From positions 1 to 42,258 of the IMG/VR virus record IMGVR_UViG_3300021791_000003: DNA of 42,258 nt. One strand, given 5' to 3'. Position 1 is the first letter of the stretch. Each line of letters begins with the position of its first letter. Positions 35,838-42,258 of this stretch are shown one piece after another. The notes under the pieces were generated by a model, which saw nothing but the letters and a program-made list of their open reading frames with translations, was not told where the DNA came from and made no database searches. The stretch comes from a virus (lineage: Duplodnaviria > Caudoviricetes). A program made the position numbers and the translations under genes.

Positions 35838-36128
35838 TCAGCAGCCTGAAAAACCGTACGAACGGTATCTATATGTCCTATATGCTCGATATGCTCGACG
35901 TGAAAAGGCACGCCTACCCCGTCTATTTTGTCGACCATAATTATAATTATAGTAAATGTAATTACTATTTACAGCCGTATTTCCAGTTCCCTGATTAATT
36001 GGAACCCCCCACTTATTCCTTGGAATATCATCAGCTTTCTTTTGAGCTGGAACTGCAACATCTTCTCCAATTTTCACAGTATCCTGCCCTACAACTGCTG
36101 CAAACGTTAAAACCATAACTTCAATCAT
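35838..36128 (-). CDS. Small secreted protein with Tyr/Arg-rich C-terminus
   Basis: AAGGAAGG RBS, signal-like N-terminus, low-complexity basic tail. Confidence 0.55.
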   Translation of the reverse strand: MIEVMVLTFAAVVGQDTVKIGEDVAVPAQKKADDIPRNKWGVPINQGTGNTAVNSNYIYYNYNYGRQNRRGRRAFSRRAYRAYRTYRYRSYGFSGC

Positions 36129-36150
36129 ATTCGCCTTCCTTGAACTAAAG

Positions 36151-37101
36151 TTAAGAAATCATATCCTCACCCGCAGGCTTTTCCCAATCATCAGGAATTG
36201 TAGTACTGGCTATAGCTAACGCTCCATTTGCTGAAGCTCTGATGTTTCTAATACTGTCATACCTAATTACATTATAAGAGTCGGGATAACCTACAAATAT
36301 ACTATTTCCCTCCCAACCTACAAAAGTATAAGGTATCGAATGTCCCGCCCTTCCTACCCATACAGGTAGTCCTCGAAGGAGGCAACAAATTATTTGTTGC
36401 CAAGATGAAATATTAATAACTTCATCAGGTTTAAAATGACGAGCTGTATCTTTCCACCCCACAGGAAATCTTCTTAATGTGACCCATGGTCCTCCACCTT
36501 CATTACTTCTTCCTGCGGTTTGATGCAATGTGTGCTTAAATTTCAATTTTTGAGAACCAGAACCTTCGGGACCGTTATTTTCAGGTAATACTCCTCTTTC
36601 CCTTGCAATTCTTAAGACTTTGTGTAAATAAGTACCACCTCTTATATTTGGATTTGCCTCAGAATACAAGGAGAGAGGACTAAACCACACACAGTCCTCT
36701 TTTGACATCCTTTGTCTGTTCCAAGTAATCTCAAAACATTGAGTAAAAGCATGAGTAACACATTCGTGACTATTTCCTTGATGTGTAAAGTGTGTCCTCC
36801 AACTTTCAGGCCATGTCTTGTACTTATCGTTATCTCTTGCATAATCTTTCCAAAGGTTTTCTTCAATCCAAAGGTGCGAATGGAAATCGAAATCTTGGGC
36901 TCCTACATCTCTCAATCCCTCTAATGTGTCACACTTCGCTCCCATAGATTCATTATATCCTGAATCCGTTACATCAACATCTATTTCCTCTTTATCTAAA
37001 GATAACTCTGTTGAATTAAAAGTTGGAGATCTCGATGTAGTTGGTTTTTTTCCAAATCGACGTGTTGTATTGCTGGATTTTTTCTTCTTTTTCATTGACA
37101 T
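36151..37101 (-). CDS. Papain-like (C1) cysteine peptidase
   Basis: QGNSHECVTHA (Gln/Cys), FSPLSLY, GVLPE, PVWVG.AGHSI (His), and PDSY where NSW is usual. Start reassigned to MSMKK, which has an AAGGAAG RBS. Confidence 0.7.
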   Translation of the reverse strand: MSMKKKKKSSNTTRRFGKKPTTSRSPTFNSTELSLDKEEIDVDVTDSGYNESMGAKCDTLEGLRDVGAQDFDFHSHLWIEENLWKDYARDNDKYKTWPESWRTHFTHQGNSHECVTHAFTQCFEITWNRQRMSKEDCVWFSPLSLYSEANPNIRGGTYLHKVLRIARERGVLPENNGPEGSGSQKLKFKHTLHQTAGRSNEGGGPWVTLRRFPVGWKDTARHFKPDEVINISSWQQIICCLLRGLPVWVGRAGHSIPYTFVGWEGNSIFVGYPDSYNVIRYDSIRNIRASANGALAIASTTIPDDWEKPAGEDMIS

Positions 37102-37107
37102 TTGGAC

Positions 37108-37181
37108 TTCCTTAAGGCTCTTCCTTAAGACTCTTCCGTAAGACTTTTCCTTAAGGCTCTTCCGTAAGACTCTTCCGTAAG
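37108..37181 (-). repeat. 13-bp tandem repeat x5.7, consensus CTTA(C/A)GGAAGAG(T/C) on the - strand
   Basis: Units start at 37108, 37121, 37134, 37147, 37160 and 37173 on the + strand. Confidence 0.92.
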
Positions 37182-37364
37182 TACGGGAATCCCATGTTCC
37201 TTCATAAACTCTTCCAAATCTACGAGAGCAACACGGCGATGATTGCTTCCTGGAATCACCCAACCCTTTAGAAGTCCTGTGTCAATCATCCTGCAGACCG
37301 TACGGTTGGCCATACCGATTAATTTAGAAACTTGACCAGTCGTCAGGATGTCGCTGCGAGACAT
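37125..37364 (-). CDS. HTH_17/excisionase-like (MerR-superfamily) DNA-binding protein
   Basis: LTTGQVSKLIGMANRTVCRMIDTGLLKGWVIPGSNHRRV...FMKEHGIP; GGAGG RBS before the ATG at 37364. Confidence 0.85.
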   Translation of the reverse strand: MSRSDILTTGQVSKLIGMANRTVCRMIDTGLLKGWVIPGSNHRRVALVDLEEFMKEHGIPVLTEESYGRALRKSLTEES

Positions 37365-37406
37365 CTCTCTGCCTCCAGAAAAACAACTTTCGACCACTAC
37401 GTATCC

Positions 37407-38090
37407 TTATTTCAATAAACTTAGAACAAGTTCCTCGGTAATCTCTTTATATGTTTTAACGAGACCACCACCCTCTACGACTAAACAAGGAATACCTTCT
37501 TCTCTGGAAGCTGAAATTGCTTTTCGATACTGCATTGGTATTTTGTCTAGTCCTGTTCTCCCATCGTCGTCCACTGCTGTCGATGTTATGCCGCTCTGGT
37601 TCAACTTCCTCAGAGCGGCTTGAATAGGGAGAGGAACCGTTCCTTCCGCTTCCTCGAAAACATACGTAACTCTATCAAGTTTAGATATAGGTTTATCAGG
37701 ATCAGGATCAGGATCAGGATCAGGTTTAACGACTACAGGGTTTCCAGAAAAAACAACGATCCATCTCCTACTTTCTGTATTAGACTCAATTATCCCTTTC
37801 TCTTTGTTATAGCGAGCATACGTAATTACCCAAGTTACTATCCCAGAATCACCCGGTTTACCTGTAAAAACAAAAACTTCATTATTGTTATAAGAAGCTC
37901 CGTTTATTCCTGAGGCAGGCAACCATAATTGACTCAGAACGGACCAACCTTCTCCACTAGGTATTTTCGTCTGTGCTCTTAATTCATTTAATTCAAAAGG
38001 AGTTGCATCTACTTTATTGCTTTGAATCTGTGCAAAAATCGTTGAAGAAAGTAGTAACTGTAGAAGAAAAAGGTTAGCTAGGACTTTCAT
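37407..38090 (-). CDS. Secreted two-domain protein with Pro-Asp linker and thioredoxin-like C-terminal domain
   Basis: Signal peptide; KPDPDPDPDPDKP encoded by (ATCAGG)x5 at 37695-37724; GIPCLVV. Confidence 0.55.
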   Translation of the reverse strand: MKVLANLFLLQLLLSSTIFAQIQSNKVDATPFELNELRAQTKIPSGEGWSVLSQLWLPASGINGASYNNNEVFVFTGKPGDSGIVTWVITYARYNKEKGIIESNTESRRWIVVFSGNPVVVKPDPDPDPDPDKPISKLDRVTYVFEEAEGTVPLPIQAALRKLNQSGITSTAVDDDGRTGLDKIPMQYRKAISASREEGIPCLVVEGGGLVKTYKEITEELVLSLLK

Positions 38091-38114
38091 TTCGGACTCT
38101 TTTTATTAAATTTA

Positions 38115-38354
38115 CTAGTCTTCATCTCCACCAATATCATCCGGAATTCCAGAAACCATACGAAGGGCTGAGATCATTTGAAGAGCTAGCTTATACTGAA
38201 CTGCCGATGCATTTGCTTCCAGTTTAGCTTCAAACTTCGCCTCAACAATATCAACAATATCATCAATAAACTCTTTATATTCCCCTGTTTCTAGTTGTTT
38301 AGACATCATATCCATTAGAGCATCGAAAACTTTCCGTAAAAGTAGACTTCTCAT
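38115..38354 (-). CDS. Small helical hypothetical protein
   Basis: Tightly packed in the late arm. Confidence 0.5.
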   Translation of the reverse strand: MRSLLLRKVFDALMDMMSKQLETGEYKEFIDDIVDIVEAKFEAKLEANASAVQYKLALQMISALRMVSGIPDDIGGDED

Positions 38355-38355
38355 C

Positions 38356-38703
38356 TTAGCTTTCTCCTTGGACTTTAATTAAGATCCCAACTGTGGCCGA
38401 CAAACTTCCAATTATTCCAACCAGTAGTCCAATTATCCACCACTTAAACTTATCTATTTGTCTATCGTGTTTTTCACAAGATGCAGAGATTTGTTCTTGG
38501 ACTAATTCAACAGCTGCTATCCGTTCACTAATCGGTGGTCTTCCGTTCCCTTCAACTGATTTCAGTAGTCGATCTACTTTATCTCCATTTTTTTCTACCT
38601 CCTTCCTAATCTCTTGTATCTCGGTAACACGGGTCAATAAACTCTCATGAACGACTAATAGTGAATCTTTTAATTCCTTTCTAAGATTTGGATCACTTGT
38701 CAC
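38356..38703 (-). CDS. Coiled-coil protein with C-terminal TM (XhlA/holin-like)
   Basis: Coiled coil, GNGRP, then KWWIIGLLVGIIGSLSATVGILI. Confidence 0.55.
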   Translation of the reverse strand: MTSDPNLRKELKDSLLVVHESLLTRVTEIQEIRKEVEKNGDKVDRLLKSVEGNGRPPISERIAAVELVQEQISASCEKHDRQIDKFKWWIIGLLVGIIGSLSATVGILIKVQGES

Positions 38704-38809
38704 TTCTTTTCCTTGCTAAATCTATAGACTTTTAGAGTTTATACGAGCTTTACAAGCTTTTCTAGATTCTCCTACTTTTATTCAAAAGTATTAAATCTCC
38801 ATTTAAATT

Positions 38810-38851
38810 AAAAATCCCAGCCTCCGACCCAGATAAAGACGAAGGCTGGGA
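38810..38851 (-). terminator. Intrinsic terminator downstream of terminase
   Basis: On the - strand: TCCCAGCCTTCG-13 nt-CGGAGGCTGGGA-TTTTT (12-bp stem with one G-U). Confidence 0.7.
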
Positions 38852-38893
38852 CCGCTCCAGGAGGTACAACCTCCTCCACGAAAGGATTTCCAA

Positions 38894-40255
38894 TTATCCA
38901 GTCACCAATACAACAGGAGCCACATTCTGTTGTACATGCAAAGGATATCTCTTATATATTATATAATCAAAAGAATCGCACATATGTCCTAACTCTGTGC
39001 CTCGATAATCTTCTCTTTCTCTATTTCCATCTTCTGTATTTTCTTTATATGCGATCTCTTTTAAATCTTTAATTAGTCTTTTACATCGTGGATGTATGTA
39101 TATAGATCTCTTCCCGTTCGCATCACATAACCGAGTATTAGTTGTTGTCCATCTGTCGACCAAAGCCGGATTCCGCCTCGGAAAGAACACTTTAACTGAC
39201 TGGAAGAGAGTACTTGTCTTAATCTGCAAATAATCTGTCTTCGCCGCTGATGTTTTTCTTGCTCTAGAAGAAGCGTCTCCGTAGAATAAGAACTCATCAT
39301 GATCGGGATACAGGTCTCTTAAATGCTGTAATGTTTTTTCAGTATTCGTATTCTTTAAGAATATCTCGTTAATAACATGAAGTTTATTCTGAAACTCTTG
39401 ACAGACGACCCATGCCATCGGATTAACATTAAAATCGCACCCAATAAGCAACGGCCGAGCAGGGTCATAGAATACTGTATCGGATACATTCTCTACGGAG
39501 AAGGAATAGTAGATTCCTCCACCTGTTTCAATCCATTCCGCTCGATACTGTTCATTATAGTCTTCAAGTGTCATTTCTGACTTAGCCTCCTTCAAGGCTT
39601 CGTCAGGAATAATCGTCTCACTTACCCAATGATAAGATTTAACTCGTATTGGCTCCCCATCAAGGTCTTCTGGGTATCCCAATCCTCTATCGAAGGACCC
39701 TTTATACTCTGCTCTACCAATGCCAGATCTCTTCGGTACTCCAATCCTTGCAACCCATGCATGCCTATGCGAGAGCATAGGTCTAATACTTTTATCAAAA
39801 ATACCTGGCTTAATGTCAGAACTCTCGTCAATAACTATCCCATCAATCTGCAAACCCTCAATTCTATGCGATTTATCCAAACCTGCCACGTAGAGAGTTG
39901 ATCCAAAGATTGTTTTAATAGTCTGCTTCTGAATGTTAACTCCATTCTTCAGAATCCATTCTTCTGGAATTAATTTCTGGATCGGCTCCCATGCAACTCT
40001 TTCTGCTTGACCATAGGTAGGCATCGCATATATGAAGATTGGATCTGGCCAAGGTTTCTTGTACTTTAACTCCGTGACAAGAAGCTTTCTCCAAATATCC
40101 GTCTTGCCGCTTCCTCGGCCTGCTACAGCATTAACAACTCTTGGACAAATGTCATTAGGACAAAGCTCACCTTTTACTTGATATTTAATGAATTTCAGGT
40201 GATCCTGAATCATTTCCTGCTGAACGTCATGGTGTTTAAATCTAGGCCAATTCAT
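38894..40255 (-). CDS. terL: Terminase large subunit
   Basis: Walker A AGRGSGKT, Walker B IVIDE, nuclease motifs GCDFNVNP, YGDAS and HMCDSFDY. Confidence 0.95.
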   Translation of the reverse strand: MNWPRFKHHDVQQEMIQDHLKFIKYQVKGELCPNDICPRVVNAVAGRGSGKTDIWRKLLVTELKYKKPWPDPIFIYAMPTYGQAERVAWEPIQKLIPEEWILKNGVNIQKQTIKTIFGSTLYVAGLDKSHRIEGLQIDGIVIDESSDIKPGIFDKSIRPMLSHRHAWVARIGVPKRSGIGRAEYKGSFDRGLGYPEDLDGEPIRVKSYHWVSETIIPDEALKEAKSEMTLEDYNEQYRAEWIETGGGIYYSFSVENVSDTVFYDPARPLLIGCDFNVNPMAWVVCQEFQNKLHVINEIFLKNTNTEKTLQHLRDLYPDHDEFLFYGDASSRARKTSAAKTDYLQIKTSTLFQSVKVFFPRRNPALVDRWTTTNTRLCDANGKRSIYIHPRCKRLIKDLKEIAYKENTEDGNREREDYRGTELGHMCDSFDYIIYKRYPLHVQQNVAPVVLVTG

Positions 40256-40336
40256 ACTAGTTGTATTTTAGTGTATCCTATTCTATCAGCCCAATTCATA
40301 CTAGTTGTATTTTAGTGTATCCTATTCTATCAGCCC
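40247..40336. repeat. Exact 44-bp tandem duplication at the terL start
   Basis: CCAATTCATACTAGTTGTATTTTAGTGTATCCTATTCTATCAGC at 40247 and 40291. Confidence 0.95.
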
Positions 40337-40550
40337 ATTTCGTCCCACCAACCATAATTTCCCTCGATCCTCCCCAAATCCCTACTCCGATTAGTCCAGA
40401 AGTATCTGCCCCTTCTGGCCAATTTATAATTGTTAAACTTCTCTGTCCAGCAATTTCCCTCTTACCAATTGGGGATAAATATATCTTGACTGTATTGTCC
40501 GGATTCACTTTTGCAGCATGTATACGAGCGACTATTGACATATTACTCAC
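40296..40550 (-). CDS. Hypothetical protein
   Basis: Coupled by overlaps between the terS candidate and terL. Confidence 0.55.
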   Translation of the reverse strand: MSNMSIVARIHAAKVNPDNTVKIYLSPIGKREIAGQRSLTIINWPEGADTSGLIGVGIWGGSREIMVGGTKWADRIGYTKIQLV

Positions 40551-41227
40551 TCTTCTTTAACTATTAGACTTCCGAGCATCTCCTCCACGTCTTGAAGAGA
40601 ATGGTTGTCTTCCATATTGACGGTATTGTCTTCATTCATTGAAGGAACGTTTACCTCGCTAACCAGTATAGCTAATCTCTCAGAGATCATTGATGAGATC
40701 CTACTTACTTCAAACGCTCTCATCTTACCGAGTAGTGGATGGGGAGGGTTAATCTCATCAATGTTGTTCTCCTTATCGTTAATGCTCTCAACAACATCTG
40801 AGAACACTTCCATTAAAATCGTATCTAATTCTCTCGCCACAAGGTTTGGAATCTGTTTAACAATCGACAACACTTGTGCCGCATCAAATTTATTCGCGAT
40901 TAAAGTATTCGTCTCTGTTGCTAACTTTTTAACTCTCAATCCGTCAAATTCACTCTTTCGCATCCGATCACAGAAATTCTTCAGTATTTCCAACTCTGAA
41001 GGACTGAATGTCTCAGACGATCCTTTTAGAATCCGTTCTTCCTTTTCTATGAAGGACTGTAGAACGTTATTAAATAGCTGTCTTTCAACTGCAATCGTGT
41101 GATCTGAAGAAATCACATGATCGTGTGGGTCAAGAACTTGTTCTGAAGGAAGTCCTGCTTTTTTATTTAATACAGAGTATAAGGAACCTAGCCTTTTTAA
41201 TGTCTCTGGATTTGTCATTTTAATCAT
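40547..41227 (-). CDS. Terminase small subunit candidate
   Basis: First gene of the late arm, helical, two genes upstream of terL. Start uncertain (41227 or 41218). Confidence 0.4.
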   Translation of the reverse strand: MIKMTNPETLKRLGSLYSVLNKKAGLPSEQVLDPHDHVISSDHTIAVERQLFNNVLQSFIEKEERILKGSSETFSPSELEILKNFCDRMRKSEFDGLRVKKLATETNTLIANKFDAAQVLSIVKQIPNLVARELDTILMEVFSDVVESINDKENNIDEINPPHPLLGKMRAFEVSRISSMISERLAILVSEVNVPSMNEDNTVNMEDNHSLQDVEEMLGSLIVKEE

Positions 41228-41306
41228 AATATTACGTTGCAATCTGCAACGGTATAATACTCAGTGTGAACGTACCTTCTCCCTGATCTTTCCCTTACCT
41301 ACCCTT

Positions 41307-41334
41307 ATTATAGAGGAATCGCGTTGCTTGTCAA
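41307..41334 (-). promoter_or_regulatory. sigma70-type promoter for the packaging/structural arm
   Basis: Perfect TTGACA (41334-41329), 16-bp spacer, TATAAT (41312-41307). Confidence 0.8.
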
Positions 41335-41370
41335 CATTGCGTTTTCCCCCCTGAAGAGCTGTTAACACAG

Positions 41371-41451
41371 GCGTATGTGCCCTTCGAGGTGGGTGTATGT
41401 GCCCTTCAAGGTAAGCGTATGTGCCCTTCAAGGTAAGCGTATGTGCCCTTC
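41371..41451. repeat. 22-bp tandem repeat x3.7 (iteron-like)
   Basis: G(C/T)GTATGTGCCCTTC(A/G)AGGT(AA/GG) at 41371, 41393, 41415 and 41437. Confidence 0.92.
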
Positions 41452-41575
41452 CTTCCTGTTGGGTCGCCTGGGAGGGTTCACTAGGAGTTAACCTTATTGT
41501 GTGTTGTTATTCTTTGATGTTCTATTGCTGTCTTTTTTATGCTTTTATTCTTTTGTTTTATACATGTTTTTTCTT

Positions 41576-41654
41576 ATTTTTTACGAACGCTTTTATGTTT
41601 TTATTTTACGAACGCTTTTATGTTTTTATTTTACGAACGCTTTTATGTTTTTAT
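41576..41654. repeat. 25-bp tandem repeat x3 within a T-rich tract
   Basis: TTACGAACGCTTTTATGTTTTTA at 41581, 41606 and 41631. Confidence 0.92.
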
Positions 41655-41815
41655 GCTTTTTTCTTATTTTTTTTTGCGGTGACGTTTGTTGGTTACCGCA
41701 TCACTACCGCGCGCGGGCAAACGCCACCCCTACCCTCCCCCCCTTCCCTAAATGCGCATGAGACTGAGTCTCAATATCAAAAGAAAATCGAGGTGGACAC
41801 TTAGTTTTTCGGGAC

Positions 41816-41928
41816 ACTCCATATGTTGGGGTGAGACGAGTTGTCTATACACAAGATGTAGTAGGGTGTACAAATGTACCATACCACATCTTGCGATGAG
41901 ACTCAGTCTCACATACCACATCTTGTAT
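41816..41928. promoter_or_regulatory. Array of four NrdR-box-like 16-mers
   Basis: Core CxAxATxTxG in boxes starting at 41816, 41849, 41881 and 41913 (spacing 33/32/32). Confidence 0.65.
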
Positions 41929-42038
41929 GTATATATTTCTAACGGCTGCCTCCCGCAGGCGGCCTGGGCTTGGGTTCCGTTTTCCGGGCGAGACCGACCG
42001 GCGGTCCCCAGGCGAGGACATCGCGAGAGGAATCGCAC

Positions 42039-42206
42039 ATGTATCTGCTCTGGACGAAGTCCCGTGGACTGAGGAATGACGCCTCCGTCAGTTGGCGTAT
42101 TGTAAAGCGCGCGAAATCAATTGGAAGACTCCAGCGGCGTCTATTCGTGGGGGACGATCTCAAGTACATCACGCGAAACGGCGTGCAGATCTGGCGGAAC
42201 TGGTAG
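42039..42206 (+). CDS. Small basic hypothetical protein (55 aa)
   Basis: GAGAGG RBS before the ATG at 42039; followed by a GC hairpin. Confidence 0.45.
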   Translation: MYLLWTKSRGLRNDASVSWRIVKRAKSIGRLQRRLFVGDDLKYITRNGVQIWRNW

Positions 42207-42223
42207 CCCCTTTTTTCGTAGAC

Positions 42224-42257
42224 GGGGGCTGTCGGACGATCTTGCCCGACAGCCCCC
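42224..42257. terminator. GC-rich hairpin at the window end
   Basis: GGGGGCTGTCGG/CCGACAGCCCCC 12-bp stem with a 10-nt loop; any U-tract would lie beyond the window. Confidence 0.5.
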
Positions 42258-42258
42258 C

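Noticed and set aside
37102-37263. Long N-terminal extension of the peptidase ORF
   Set aside because: It overlaps the HTH gene out of frame and translates the repeat array; a better RBS precedes the ATG at 37101.
37125-37364. Excisionase as evidence of lysogeny
   Set aside because: HTH_17 domains are often plain regulators; no integrase or att site is visible and the gene sits in the late arm.
858-41102. Short antisense or nested ORFs (for example 858-1067, 8394-8654, 16176-16556, 33363-33863, 40605-41102)
   Set aside because: They are shadows of well-supported genes on the other strand or frame and carry no motifs.
41371-41654. 22-bp and 25-bp repeats as a CRISPR array
   Set aside because: The units are directly adjacent with no unique spacers, and no cas genes are present.
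41421-42172. ORFs 41421-41804, 41501-41761, 41748-42038, 41752-42072 and 41939-42172
   Set aside because: They are low-complexity or overlapping translations of repeats and regulatory motifs, without convincing RBSs.

Overview
The window is most of a tailed dsDNA phage genome (probably siphovirus-like), arranged as two convergent arms that meet at about 14,930. The + arm (1-14,933) carries replication and accessory genes: an SNF2 helicase, an unlisted CsrA/RsmA homolog, a putative SSB, an atypical tRNA-like RNA, a thermonuclease/CAP/cytochrome c/fatty-acid-hydroxylase cluster, a DnaG-primase/MCM-helicase fusion, VRR-NUC and family A DNA polymerase. The - arm (about 41,300 down to 14,930) starts at a consensus sigma70 promoter. 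It carries terminase, an approximately 8 kb block of lysis-like and fibre-like genes, a Mu-type portal/gp36/protease/capsid set, the tail tube, a -1 frameshifted tail chaperone, the tape measure and tail-tip proteins. Several proteins resemble families I recognise from Planctomycetota (TTGQV-type HTH_17, SHD1-like domain, PD-linker protein next to a papain-like peptidase), so that host is an inference. The right end is a repeat-dense control region followed by a GC-rich segment. The most notable signals are: phage CsrA together with six tandem ANGGA hairpin repeats over the peptidase RBS; four NrdR-box-like sites spaced 32-33 bp apart; a tRNA-like RNA with a 6-bp T stem and an elongated anticodon arm; and a DFGDL double-propeller/coiled-coil module. 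All family calls come from motif recognition by eye; no database searches were run.
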